A stretch of DNA of 64,000 nucleotides from Octopus bimaculoides (lineage: Eukaryota). The position numbers and the translations under genes were made by a program. The stretch covers positions 31,186,369 to 31,250,368 of the forward strand of contig NC_068983.1 of NCBI RefSeq assembly GCF_001194135.2. The letters run 5' to 3'. A model generated the notes under the pieces. It ran no database searches and was not told where the DNA came from. It saw nothing but the letters and a program-made list of their open reading frames with translations. Below are positions 13,034 through 26,782 of this stretch, piece after piece; position 1 is the stretch's first letter; each line of letters opens with the position of its first letter.

Positions 13034-13439
13034 TATACGAATATAACTGTATGCATGTGTGTATGTATGTATAATCGTATTGTAACAGAAAGGATTAAGA
13101 CAGGATTGAAAATAACGTAAATGAACACCCCTCGCCAATCATAGAGAACAGTATGAGCGCAGTTTCAGCTTGTTGAAGCTCCACAAACTTTATTTTCCAT
13201 GGAACTATTCCTCTCATGGAACCTGAGATAATTCGTAATTGAGGTGATTGACGTTACAACGAAAAAGACTCAGAATGTAGAGGACAACAACATACACGAG
13301 ACAGAAAACTAGAACAGATACATGCTATACGATTCTACAAATATGTATATAACACACAAACTCACACAGACACTCATATACATACGTGTTGTGTGTGTGT
13401 GTGTGTGTGTGTGTCATGAACTCTCCTGTCATTAGGCGA

Positions 13440-13675
13440 TGTATATGAGTTCGGCAGTTTCTTGCCAAACAACCGCACAGATGATTTCTATATAGTAATC
13501 AAATGTTTGTGTTCACATAAGCTCACTCCCTCCATCAAATCGACATTACTGTACAGTTGCACCATGTGCAGTATGTCAGATGACGAAATAATCGCAGAGC
13601 AATGTGAAATGAAGTGCTTTACTCAAGAACACAAAGCAATGCCCGGTGTGGGAATCTTGAAATCATAAGTGCAAC
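13440..13675 (-). mobile_element. Probable SINE of a second family, diverged
   Basis: Reverse complement contains GTGTTCTTGAGTAAAGCACTTCATTTCACATTGCTC, resembling the TTGAGCAAGxCACTT central domain; related to 44230-44365. Confidence 0.4.
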
Positions 13676-14511
13676 ACCTTCACACATACACGCATGCTCG
13701 CGCGCGTGCGCACGCACACACACATACACGCATATACTGATATGTATGTGTACTCACATACACATATACAAATATGTGCATATGTATATATTTATACATA
13801 TTTGTATATGTGTGTGTATGTGTGTGTGTGTGTGCATGCGTGAGTCTGTATCTGTGTGTGTATGTGTGTATGTGTGTGCATGCGTGAGTCTGTGTCTGTG
13901 TGTGTATTTGTGTAAATATGTGTATATGTGTTCGGGCGCTAGTATGTAATTGAGAACGACCATTCATGTGTATGTATGGGCCGATTCTTAAAGGTCAGCT
14001 AAGAACAATCGCATGTGCAACCAATCATGAATAAATCAACAGTACAAAGAAATCAAATGTCAGTCCCTCTAAAACGGTAATCGCTTTAACAGTAGCAGAA
14101 TCATCGTCCCACTACATCTGCACATTCAAATCAGTTTGCCAACACACCTTGCTAAACTTAGTGGCTACTACTAACTTCAGAACACGACAGAGAAGATGCT
14201 CTTGAAACCAAGTATTTGAAGTTACGGAGACAATATGTACATGTCACCGGAGGAAATGCAACTAGATCTTATAATGCAGGGAAACGATTTCGTAATCAAG
14301 TACCTGCATGCCTGGAGAACTACGTTGCGTAGAAACAATTGTAGTGATTGCAAATAAATGTCCAACCATACTCCTTCTTTTTTCAATTATCTATTCATAC
14401 AGATGCCCAAACACAAACCTGGAAGTGCGTGTAATACTACTACTGGATAGCACAGGATAAAATCTGAGTTTATACTGTACTCTACTACGTTCTTAACAGA
14501 ATATAACATAC

Positions 14512-14545
<34 letters not shown>

Positions 14546-14555
14546 NNNNNNNNNN

Positions 14556-14591
<36 letters not shown>

Positions 14592-14964
14592 GCACATACA
14601 CATATGTATGTATGTATATATGTATATTGAATAGATAAAAAAAAATAAGAGGAGTGCGAAGCGTTATGTTAAATAAAGAACACAATTTAAACAGAAACGC
14701 AACACGGGAACAAATGGAAAATTCACACACAAGACAGAACGTTGCTTATTCCTCATGAGTTATATAAACGATCCTTACAATTTTATGCCTTTAACGATAA
14801 TATTTTTCGCACGTAGTGGTGTCAACAGCGACAAGCTGCTGGGAATAGTGAGCGGAAGCAAGGGGGCAGTGACGAAATAAAAAAACGACGCAAATATGAA
14901 TATACAAACACACATCATCATCATCATCATCTTTTAATTTCGTTTCCATTTCTTGCCGAGTGTC

Positions 14965-17018
14965 TTCCAGGGTGAACAAGAATCTCTCTGAAAGATATCT
15001 CTTTTGATTTTTACTTCGGCTAAGTGCTGGTTGTTACAGATAAACCGTGTTTTCCAACTAGGCATGCTGTTCATAATCAGTGCACACACGTTTTCAGCTA
15101 CTCCACACATGTCGAATGTTTCCAGAATCCACGAATGCAGCAACATGTCGTAAGCCTTTTAAAAGTCTATCCAGGACATGCACAAGTTTTTTGGTACTGT
15201 TTGCAGTTCTTCATTATGACCTTGTCTATCACAAGATTTTCCGTGGTGCCCTTGGATCCTTTTCGACATCCCTTTTGTTCTACTGGAAGTAGATTGTTTT
15301 CCGCAAGGAACGTATATATTTTCCCTGAGAGGATGCCTGTTAACACTTCTCATAAGAGGTTAAGACAAGCGATTGGTCTTTAAAGGCCAACCACATTGCC
15401 CTTTGACTGATTTTTCATCAGCAATGTTGTCTTTCCCTCTACAATCCATTCCAGAATTGCACCACTCTGTAGGTAGTTGTCTAATTGCTACTCAATTCGT
15501 TTGTGTGCTGACCTAAACCACTTGAACCAGTAGCCTTGGATTCCATCTGGTAATGCTACTTTCCAGTTTGACAGTTTTAATACCTATGTAATTACATCTT
15601 CCGCTGTTATGCATACTTGGTCCTATAGTGGAACCTCAATGTGACGAAGTGAGGATCTCATACAATGAACCCACCCAGCACCATGATTGTGGGAAACCTC
15701 TTGCCCCCAGACCTTACTAAAAAATTGATGAATTTCCTCTGCTTCGGCGGGTATATTATCCTCTGTATCTCCTCTTAAGCTCTTAAAAACTGCCTCTGGT
15801 TATATGTGAATAACCTGTTTTGCTGGAACTGCGATATGCGATCAGTGTAGTATTGCACCTTCAATGTTTTTGCCCACACACGTTGTTTTATGGTTTCGAT
15901 AACAGTTTTGAGCCATTTCTTTTTCATTTAGTATCTTTTCAAGATATGCCCTCACCTTCTTTAGTATATTTCCATTGCTCTTTGGGCCATTCTTCTACGC
16001 GACTCATCTTTACGCAAGATTTTGATATCGCTTTCAATTCTCCGCTTCCACCATGCCTCTTTCTGTCCGCCTGCTTTCTTCTCTTTCTTTCTAACTAGTT
16101 CACCTACTAAAATTGAAACTGATCTAATCAAGTCCTTTGTTCCCAATAGATCTTTTGTTGGAATGTACTTCAGGATCCCATCAGCCTTTTGGGTCACACG
16201 TTTCACATTGTCACGGACATTGTCACATTGTCACGATCAAATTCACCGGCATTGTCTCTGTTCTTGTAACCACTATATCCTCGAGTCTTAGAGGTCTCTG
16301 TTCCTCAATCATATTCTCTCGTAATACAGGGTTCTCCACATTATAATGATTGGCCGGCTTCCTATCTTCACCACTTCACCTTACGTACTCATTCACTGAT
16401 TTTCACCTACATTATCCTCCTCGAGGTTACCACCACTACAGAGGCTTTTCCTGATTGTCTGAATTTGGACGTTATTAAAAAAGCCTCTATTCCAAATAAT
16501 TCTTATCTGATTCTTGAGTTCATTTTCTGTAACCTGGAACATATGCAGCTGGTTCCAAAATTCTAATGATCTTTTCCAACAGCTTTGCATTTGCCATTGC
16601 TCTTGTCTAGTAAAGCTTGTTCATGGCACTTAATTGCCTTTTTGTTCATATCGACAGACCACTTGCGTTTGTGAGCACGTTGCAAATTTTGACCAGTAAA
16701 AGGACCACAATTGGGTGGAGTCTGGTCTTCCAATCCATTGCCCTCTGAAGGAACCCTGCCGCGTGCGGGAGATCTGGTTTCTTGGACATACAGAGGAGTC
16801 TTCTTGTTAATGCCGTTATTAGGATTATCATTAGTTGTCATCATTGCAACGAATGATAATGATTTTTACAGGGTTTGCTCCCAGATGTATTTATATGAGA
16901 TTTTGATGCAAATGATCCAACCAAGTAAAACACCAGTTCTAACTTGGTTGTCGGCAAAGGCTTAAGGACGCCAAGTTCGCCTTGTGTAACTTGCTGCAAG
17001 ACTCTCACGGGCGCAGAG

Positions 17019-17020
<2 letters not shown>
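14965..17020 (-). mobile_element. R4/Dong-clade element, 5' half (5'UTR, N-terminal region, RT up to the QGDSLSP-like motif)
   Basis: KRKWSVDMNKKAIKC..TENELKNQIRII (Dong/R4 N-terminus); WWKRRIESDIKILRKD; IMNSMPSWKT; IKRDIFQRDSCSP at ~14969-15005. The 5' end abuts (AAT)n. Confidence 0.9.
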
Positions 17021-17086
<66 letters not shown>

Positions 17087-17095
17087 CATCATTAT
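17020..17095. repeat. (ATT)n microsatellite at the Dong 5' junction
   Basis: Directly visible. Confidence 0.97.
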
Positions 17096-17196
17096 TGAAT
17101 GAGTGAGTGGGAGAGCAGTGCATCCCATCAAAGTGACATTGCAGTAGGAAACCCAATATACCCATCATGATTACTATTATTATACAATATAACAGT

Positions 17197-18595
17197 CTCG
17201 TAATAACCATGAAACGAGGAAGATTGGAAATAAGCCAGGGATTTGAAATTCCAAATGGGCAAACAATACGATCGGTTCAGAAAGGACAGTGAAATAAGTA
17301 CTTGGGAATATTGGAAGCAGGCGAGATGAAAATGAAAAAAAATGTAACAAATTACCAGTAGAGAGTACACAAAGAGAGTAAGAAAATTCTTGCAGTCAAA
17401 GCTGAATTCCAAAAATCTTATTGAAGCAATAAACTGAAGAGCTGTACCTCTAATCAGATATGGAATTGAAATTATAGACTGGACCAGAAACGTTATAAAG
17501 AAACTTGACAGAAAACTAGGAAGTTGTTGACGATGTATGAAGCCCACCATCCAAACGCTGATATCAACCGGCTGTACTTGAGGGGAGACCAGGGTGGAAG
17601 GGGCTTAATAGCTGTAGAAGAATGTGTACAGCTGGAAAGAAAAAGCCTAGTAGAATATTTGCAGAGCAGCACAGAAAAACTTTTGACAGTTAATAAAGAA
17701 CAGGTGATGAAGCGCGTTATAGGAGAAAAGGACAAAAATGAAATACAAAGTGAGCACGTCAGACAGAGCGAAGAGAAACCTCTACATGACCAATTTTGGA
17801 GAGCCACTGAAAACGTACGTGGAACAATACGTCTTCAGTGGGCTTGGTTAAAAAAGGGGCAATTAAGAAAAGAAACAGAGGGCCTAATTGCAACAGCTCA
17901 AGATCAAGAGATAAAAACAAACAAGTCGAGAAAAATATATATGGAGATAATGCGTTAGAAAAATAGCATACAGTGCAGCAGAATGCTCCAAGTTGGCACA
18001 GTAAGAATATAAAAAATAGAGGTACGACCATGTTGTAAAAAATTTTCACTGGAAACTGTGCCAGAAATGGGGATTTGAAGCTGGAAATACATGGTACAAT
18101 CATCGAATCGAAAGAGTACTGGAGTCGGAGAAATGTAAGATTTTGTGGGACTTTCTTATCCAAACGGACAAGAAATTAGAAAATAATAGATCAGCAATAA
18201 CGATTATCGATAAGGAAAAGCGAAGTTTCTTACTTATCCGTTTGATTCCAGGATCGTAACGAAAGAGGAAGAAAAACAAAACAAAAAATACAATTCCTTA
18301 AAATAGGACGAATTTGACACATGCGAACAATAAAGGTCGTGCATTGGGAACAGTAAGCAAAGATATAGACAAAAGGCTGAAGGAGATTGAAATAGAATGT
18401 CCGGCAGAGCTCCTACAGAACGTTTGTCTCTTAGGGACAGCAAGGATTATCAGGAGGTTTCTAAGCACTTGAAATACTTCTGAAAACTTGTGGATACCTA
18501 AGATTACAGGTAGTAACCCGCTATTCACATAATTCCTAGCAGGAATAAGACCGAACCCGAGTCAAACCAAAATAAGGATAATATACCCATTTCTT
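17197..18595 (+). mobile_element. R4/Dong-clade element, 3' half (RT motifs 6-7, thumb, CCHC region, RLE nuclease, 3'UTR)
   Basis: MKRGRLE..KYLGILE; HHPNADINRLYLRGDQGGRGL; WAWLKKGQLRKETEGLIATAQDQ; HWKLCQKWG; TDKKLENNRS(PD)ITIID; LLQNVCLLGTARIIRRFLST*. Confidence 0.92.
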
Positions 18596-19688
18596 TACCT
18601 AATGTTTGATTGACGTTTTTTCCTAACTCATGGATTTTTAGACAACTTTCTCGCTTTCTTTCTCTCTCTCTTTCCCCCACTCTCTCTCTTTCTGTACATA
18701 TATATATATATCTGATGGCATAGAGTCTAAAACTTCGTAACCTATTAATGCTATCGGCCTCGTTCAAAGGCCTTTGTGTCGGTTATCGAGAGGAAGGTGC
18801 TGACTAACAACTTGTTCAATCTAGCATGAAATAACATCTGTTAAATAGATTTGCTAACCGCAGGTTACCGATGAGTATGTGGAAGTTACCTTGCTCACTA
18901 CACCTCCGCACATCGTGCATACCAGTGCCTTCATTTCTGCCGTAAAATCTGTCAAATTATGCAATTATCTTGGGATTGGTAGTTCTATGCATCTTTGTCG
19001 ATTTTTCCAGTTTATACGTTATCCACTCTGTATGTAGAATTCAATCTTCATCTTTCTTAGGGCCGTAAAACTATGTCAACAGAGAAAGAAATTTATACAT
19101 TTCAACCTACAAGTATTATACTTGATTATGGCTTACATATTTGTCGTGGTTCACACACCATGTATACACACATCCACAAATTCACGTATTACATTTGTTA
19201 CATTCACTAGATTGTATTTAGGATCCATACTTTCCATTTGTTGATCCACTCTGAAGCATTTTCTTCTAGCGATTATACTCTACTTCCTACTCCTCTGGAC
19301 ATATTAATGCAATGTCATCCTTAATGTACCCGTCAGCTCATTCATTCTCTTCCTCGCAATGTGTTTCGGTTATTATGTTATATTGTAAACACTTTTTCTA
19401 GCCTCCAGTGCATTCTGAAGTTTCCTCCTCAATTTACTTTCTGATCACTAGCCTGCAGTAATTCGAACTCACCATCAACCGTCCCAACGTTAACCATCTA
19501 TTTCGTGCGTGTAATTTAGTGGAGTCCTAATAAACCTCTGTTTATTCAAGAACAACACATTTAAAGCATAATTGGAAAGAACAACGAAAGCAACATTAAA
19601 CAGAACACACTTTTTAAAAATTTAAATTAGTGTATAATGAAGCACAATCAATACAGAATCTTTAAATTGTTGACCAGTAGAAAGAGGA

Positions 19689-19728
<40 letters not shown>

Positions 19729-19869
19729 AGAGAGAAAAGAGAGAGAGAACAAATAACAAAGAAAAAGTAACGAAGAAATCAAAGAAAATAAATTTTAAGC
19801 TGCTCAGAATAGAGGAAGGCATGCAAAATTTATTGATCCATACACATACCTGGAAAAAATGAACGATTT

Positions 19870-20190
19870 ATAAAAGGGGCAAATGATTTGCAAATGCTAC
19901 AATAAAGCGAAAGATCATGCTAGAAGTGAAAAAGAAAAGAGTAAAAATCAGAAGAATTACTAGAAACTCTCCTGGTATTTTCTCAAACGAAAAAGCGTCA
20001 GGAAGAATGTTTGAAATCAATGTGATTAACATGGGGCTATAAAGTCGGAAGCAAGTATCCAGTGTAGCTATTCCTGAAGGAAAGAGTTTCACTGAGCAGT
20101 GACTTAGAACTAAAATATTTATCGACTGGGAAACAATGCCTCCTACCTGCGTAGCAATACCAGAAAATTTATGAGTAGTCAAACATTAAT
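19870..20190 (+). mobile_element. Possible Tc1-like transposase remnant
   Basis: NMGL*SRKQ...LRTKIFIDW resembles the Tc1 GLxSRxPxxKP..RLxFAxxxxDW segment. Decayed. Confidence 0.35.
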
Positions 20191-20694
20191 CATCTAACAA
20201 GAGTGCCGTGGTTAAAATTGTTAATATAATAAATACGATGAGTGTAATTTATTTTGGTGTTCGTTATTCTTGTGTAAACTCTCATTATTTCTCGGAGAAT
20301 TGATTTAAACTGTTTTTTTTTTCTCATATAATTCATGGAATATTTTAGAGGAATAATAAACCTAGGATTTATAGTAAAAATAAATCAACACCTGTACTTA
20401 AATATTCCAGTATTTTATCGGTTCTGAAACTATGAAAGACAACATCGACTTCGGCTGAATTGTCATAGAAAACTGACATATCTATGTCAGTTATAAAATG
20501 ATACAGGCATTTTGTCCGACACCGTATGGATTATGCCTGGATAAAACTACAAAATAAAACTACAAAATAAACAAAAAATGTATGTTATCTTTTCTCCATA
20601 TGCTATATTTTTCAGTAATGATGGATCGAAAATGCATATAAAATAGTCCAAACTCAGAAAAAAGTTAATATTTGAGAAATATAGTAAAGATTCT

Positions 20695-20756
20695 CTTTAC
20701 TTTACTCTTTACTTGTTTCAGTCATTTGATTGCGGCCATGCTGGAGCACCGCCTCG
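20695..20756 (-). mobile_element. SINE 3' end with (TTTACTC)n tail
   Basis: TTACTCTTTTACTTGTTTCAGTCATTTGATTGCGGCCATGCTGGAGCACCGCC; same family at ~26960-27012 and 27545-27605. Confidence 0.8.
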
Positions 20757-20839
20757 TAGTAAGTACATAATTAAAACTAAAAATTAAATAAAATTAAATA
20801 AAATAAAATAATTTTTTAAACAAGTAGAATGATATTATA

Positions 20840-21410
20840 GGAGGTACTCTAGTGCACTAAGATATAATAGAATGGTATATAAGTACACTTGTGAAACACA
20901 TATTGGCACATTAGTACACTATTACACAAGTGCAATATATAATGGTACAGTAGTACAACATAGAATGGCTCAGTAATTGAATACTAGTAAGGTATAGACA
21001 GCGTCACTTGTACAGTTTACAGCAGAACGCTAGTACAATATAAAAGGGTTAGTACTCTAGTATAATATAAAAATGTATATTAATACTTGAGTAAATTTCA
21101 GAATAGTACGCTAATGTACTTGCACAATGTAGAATACGAGGGTATGCTAGTGCGAAACCACAGAATAGAATGTTGCACTTGTACACTAAAGAGTGGCACA
21201 CTAAGTACATTATAAAATGGTGCACTAGTACACTAAAACACAAATACAATCTAGAATGCTACACAAATACACTAGCACAATATACAGTGGTACACTTGTA
21301 CACTGATGTAGAAGAGTACACTGATACACTTGTACTATACATATTATAGAATGGTTTACTAGTGCACTTGTACGATATATAATAATACACTACTACACTA
21401 GCAAAGTAAC
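20840..21410. repeat. Degenerate ~25 bp-period minisatellite
   Basis: Recurrent AGAATGG, GTACAC, CTAGTAC and CACTTGTAC motifs; approximate unit ATAGAATGGTACACTAGTACAATAT (estimated by eye). Confidence 0.65.
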
Positions 21411-21529
21411 ACAATGAACAAAGATTGATTGAATTAGTAGAGGTCTTCAAGAATATGTTATAAAGGAGTCCTAAATTTATTTTCAAAAAATACACGTAAA
21501 TGCTTTATATAATAAACTACAACTTAAAA

Positions 21530-23150
21530 CTTAGATTTCCTAGATTTAGAATGATGAAATCTGTTGATGCTAGTGAAATTTATATTTTACGAACTTCATG
21601 TTCCTGATTCATTTCTTTGAAATTGTATTTTTTGTTCATTTTAATCCTTTTCGGGTTTGAAAATTAATCTCTTATAGTTGGTTACAACGAGTAACAAATA
21701 GACCGGCTTTCGAAAACAAGCTCCAAAGAATTATCAGTTATCAAATGGTGAAACCTTAACTCTACAAGGATTTGTCTGACGCCAATATATGAAGCAATAT
21801 CAATTCAATTTTAAATATTTCTACAAACTGCTCAAATTCTTCACCGAGATTTTCTTCTAGATTTTACGGATATGATTTGGCAAGATCTGATTACCTATTT
21901 ACAATCTCTTCGGATTTTAATTGATGAAGGAATCTAAACACACTACTTTTTGATAAGCTTTCTGGCGTTTTGACAAGGCAGAAAGGGAGGTAGCAATAAT
22001 AGCAAGAATTATTTGGCTCTTGAACTTCCGATTTCGCTTGTCTTCTCTTCAAGTTTGTTGTTGATTATATTCACACTCATACAGAAGAAAAAAAAGTTTA
22101 CCGCTTAAGTTGAATATATTTATGCAAGTAATTCATACAGTACACATGCAATATCCATATCTTGGGTTGAAGATTGCAAAGAAGCTTCAATATTGCCATT
22201 ATTCTGTTTCCAAGTTCACCGTGGTTGACATTTGTAATGAGTCTATTTTCGACTCTCTCTCTCTCTCTCTAATTCAAACGTCATCCAAGATTTTTTTTTT
22301 TGCCGCACAGTTGCGTAAAATCTTGTGTGTTGCATCTGTCCGTCTGGTATCTGACAATTTTTATTCAATGGACAATATCTGATAATGCAGCAGAAAGATC
22401 TCACGAATAAACTGAATGAGAGATATGTGCAAATTTTGAAAAAAATTAATGTTTCTTGATAACATTCAGTAGAGCGTTTTTCAACCAAAGTCAATGAATA
22501 TGCAAAACGTGGAATGTAATCCACAGATTCACTCAGCTCTTTAATTAGTGTTTATAAATCACTATATTTGCCGCTTATATTACGTCATAATTTTAATCCA
22601 GTAATCGATTAAGTGAATGATATAAACTCATATAAATGAGTTACGGGAATCCTTGTTTCTTTGAAAACCCTATTAATGAGTGGGCCTTTAGAAACATGTA
22701 AGCAATGCCGCTTTTAGTCTCCAATTCAAATACAGAATAAATAAATAAACATAAAACTTCCGACACCAATTTACTAGCCATTTGAAGTCAACAGAGCTGA
22801 TCATCTCTGATATAATTGAACACAAAAAGAAGTTTATGAATTGTGCATATACTGTTGTAGTTATTAAATCCCTAGTCAACTCTGGTCTGAACTTTCCTAA
22901 TGTATTCTACCAAAGACACCTAAGTTCATGTGGTGATATTTAACCAGCGACGGATTAAATCTACCAGCCATATGGCATCGAGTGCTAATAATTTTGTAAA
23001 AATTTGTCGTCAAGGTTATCTCTTCGCAGTTCAACAAAATAAAATTTTTGCAAATTGCACGAACGACAGAAAGCTTTGACTGACATCAAATATCGGCTAT
23101 GAAAAGTTGGCGGCATTAGTGACATCATCGAAAACTATCTGAATGCTGTC
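21530..23150 (-). mobile_element. hAT (ZMYM1/DUF4371-like) transposase remnant
   Basis: In order on the - strand: FLSFVQ, MAGRFN, DLAKSYP..LEENLGEEFEQF, LLVVTNY..FSNPKRIK..MNQE..VRKINFTSIN.F..SKSRK (hAT dimerisation-domain end). Many frameshifts. Confidence 0.5.
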
Positions 23151-23801
23151 AGTATATTGCATCCACATGAAATATGTTGTAGTTGACTAAGCAATCGAAA
23201 AATAAAATAAATAAATAAATAAAAAGAAAAATAACACTCAATGAAAACGAGTATACAGGCACAGACATATTAAGAGAATATCAGTGAAACTTAAATGAAT
23301 AAACAACCAAATAAGAATACAATGTTGTGAAAGATAATTGCACATCAATGTAATAAAAGTTTAACCAAAAGATGACATCAAATGGACTACTGAGTTTACA
23401 AATTAACACTCAAAATACACCTTGAGTTTTCTACTGTTGATGGAGCAGCATGATTTGTTCAAACTTCCCCTGTGTTAAAGAATCGTTGAATTTAGATTAC
23501 AAGATAAAGACTGTAGTTCCATTATTCGTACGCTACAGATTACACAAGGTAACAGATTTTTTTTAAAGTTCTTGATACTTTCTCATTTTTGCATTTTTAT
23601 ATTGAGTTTGGTTTACAGAATATGAATGAAAATCATGAGATTTTGTATACCAACAAAGATTTGCATAATAATTATGGAAAAATAATATTTATCATAATAT
23701 AATTTATTGCAATTTCAGCTGCATTATATAATCTATTGTAGACATCGTATAATATAAGCAATTATAAATAATGCAATAGAATTGTAATAATTAAATTGGA
23801 A

Positions 23802-25330
23802 CACTGGATCAAAAACGTCAATTAGCTCAGTACTGAAGATTGGGAAGCTCTTGTGATCTCTATTTAGTCGAACCAAGTTCTAAACGCAATCGTTTATCGC
23901 TTTATACTATTTCCTCTGAAACTGCTTCTCCATCAGTTATATCTTGATGGAGCCATTCACCGTGCTCTTCTAACATGACACTAAGGCTCAGCTGGAAGAA
24001 CTCCAAATGAGAGTGCAAATAGTGCAGTTAAAGTGACATTTTGCTTCCCATACTTCAGTAATTTTCTAGCAGTTCTACACATAAAATAATAGCTTTATAA
24101 TTCTCTGCTTTGATGCTGCTCAGAAGCCTATCGACAACGTTCTTAAATTCCAAGTTCATTTCTCTACCAGAATCACTTTCATATTCAGAGATTATTGGAT
24201 GCAAGTTTTTGCTACATCCGTGGTTCAACAAAACCAAGAGCAACAACTTTTGTGTCAAACAACTTGCTGTTTAATGTTAAACGGAGGCAGAAGGATTTTC
24301 TTCACGAATACATAAGCATCGTATTTAACATGCAAGACGACAGCTGCAGGCTTTTTTCTTTTTTTTTTTCTTGTTGCGTTTCCCGTTTCATGTTTTGTTC
24401 TATTTCTGCTATCCCACAAACACCAAGTGCAACGTTGCTTATTATACCCATCCCCCGTACAATCTGAGCAAGAATCTCAACATCATGAAATCACCGCTTG
24501 TAGTCGTTATATTTTCTCTTTTTGAGTAAGATTTATAATTCAATACTTATACAAAGTAACCAGCAGAGATAGACGAATACTGGTTGCTGTTATGAAGCAT
24601 TGTTTTCGGACATCTCGGAAGGAATGAACTATTAACTAAAAACGAAGCGCTTCAAAATTATCTCTTACTTGATCATAAAATCACAGCGACTAAGAAAACA
24701 AATAAAATAGGCAAGAATTGTATGCCATGTTCGGTACTTCGAAATTGTCAACTTTACTTCTTGTTGGTTCCATCAGCTCTGTACAAGATTTGGTGAGATT
24801 CATTTTTCTTACGGCGCTTATTGGTTTGGGTGTCTGGGTTCATTAACTGAGCACGTTTCTTCCTCTTCTTGATTTTCATCTTAATCAGACATTTCTATGC
24901 CAACTTTGTTATTTGATTTAAAAATTGGACGAGCTGGAACCAGTTGCTGTTTGTCGTGTAACAGTGATACAATTAAAGATGCGATATTTCTTTTAATCTT
25001 TTATAAGTGATCACCTCCACTATACAAAAATAGCAATTGTTTAGATGGTGTGAGGTTCTCATCAAACTCTGGAATAGCCGAACGCTGTACAGTTTTTACT
25101 GCCACACATCCATCTCTCTAATGTAGGTTTGCATCTTTTAAGATTACATGTTGAACCCATGGCTTATCCTGGTCTCCAGTGGAAATGCCGAAGTACCTTT
25201 CATATGCGACAATAGTTGGTATTCTGCGAAATAATATATTTGACTTGTTTTGAGCCAATGTTATGTTCATATACATAACAAAATCAGTCAGCAGATGTCT
25301 TGAACCGTCATGAAGCCATCATTATGCTAT
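23802..25330 (-). mobile_element. Chapaev(3)-type (CMC) DNA transposon, nearly full transposase, pseudogenised
   Basis: FCYV..AYERYFGISTGDQDKPW..HLNNCYFC (N-terminal Zn region); LWDSR; KKILLPP; FKNVVDRLLSSIKAENY..MGSKMSL*LHYLHSHLEFF..EEHGEWLHQDI. ATG at ~25319; a CACTG candidate terminus at 23802. Family name is from recalled motifs. Confidence 0.78.
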
Positions 25331-26782
25331 TTGTAATCATCATTATGCTATCTGTAACAATCAATCTTTTTTATAATTTTCTTATGCACAACTCGTACAG
25401 TTGTCAAAATACAACTTGAAAATTTGTAAAACACTGCTCTTATATACTGTTTACGATAGAATGTTCCAAACAATAAAAAGAAAATTCATCATCACATATT
25501 TATAAATACGTCACTATATTTTCTTGAGATTGTATGGTAGTTCATTAACATCTTGTTGGTATCTCATTATTATATACCTCATTGTCTGCATGTATATGTC
25601 AATTCATCGGCATTAGTAATGTTTAGCATTTTTTCTTTACTCTGGAAAGTTCTTCATAGAAACAGGTCTGATACAAGCATAATTTCAACACAAACGCGAT
25701 AGAAAATAATTCTTGGTATAACTGACAAAATATTGATAGAAACATGAAACGAATGTTACTATCGTATTCAACTACTGCATATATACAAGAAACGTAGAAT
25801 AATAAAGTGAAACAATTTCGCAAAGGGTAAACTGTTGTGTAAAGGACATTGAAAAAGCCTATCTCACTTTCTTTACAATCTCGCCCTCCGGAATTGTGAC
25901 TGATTAAACAAGCACTAAAAACATAACGAAAACAACCTAAACCAAGTAATGTAAACATACATTCCCAGCCATAAAGAATCCTCTCGCACGTCACTGAAAG
26001 CATCATAATAGATTAAATTGCATCTATTATGAGATCGAAGACATTGTAGCAGTTTGTGAAACGAGTTAGTGTTGTTTCTGATGCTGAATGTGATGTGGAT
26101 GATGACGATGTCACCGATGTATTACTGTATGATATGACCAAAGTTCAATGCTTTGCAGTACTTTCAGTTTATTTTCATCCTACCAAGGCATATATAGGGG
26201 TTGGTTTAGTTGCCATCATTGTTTAAACTAGCTTTGTGTCCAGGAAAAAGATCTATTTCAAATTTCATTCTATATTTTTTTTTTTAAATGTATTATGCTG
26301 TTCTTTTACTTTTAATCCAGAGCAATTCTGTGCTATCGTGCATTATTCTGTGTTCTTCACAGTTGTCCTAATTGTTCTGAAATATCAACAGCGTTCATTC
26401 ATATTATACGTGAAATAAACGCAGAATTCTATGTGACTCAACACAAGTAAGTCAAGAATAGGAATCTTTGAATATTACGAGTATCCTATTTAGGCTTAAA
26501 ATTCTTGTTTCAAAACAGAATTTTATGACAATATTGCTTTCCTAATAAAAGACTTTTTAAAAATTATATATACATATATATATATATATATACATATATN
26601 NNNNNNNNNNNNNNNNNNNNNNNNNNNNNNNNNNNNNNNNNNNNNNNNNNNNNNNNNNNNNNNNNNNNNNNNNNNNNNNNNNNNNNNNNNNNNNNNNNNN
26701 NNNNNNNNNNNNNNNNNNNNNNNNNNNNNNNNNNNNNNNNNNNNNNNNNNNNNNNNNNNNNNNNNNNNNCCTATGTCATCCT

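Noticed and set aside
13150-13190. Minus-strand GCUU/AAGC hairpin plus GAAA
   Set aside because: The core reads UUGUGGA (two mismatches), and stems I and III do not pair.
14170-14340. RTE-like words (LKLRRQYVHVT..LIMQG)
   Set aside because: Too short and decayed to support a call.
16850-17020. HDV-like ribozyme expected at R4/RTE 5' ends (also 54.5-54.7 kb)
   Set aside because: I could not build the nested double pseudoknot by eye; an RNArobo/Infernal search would be needed.
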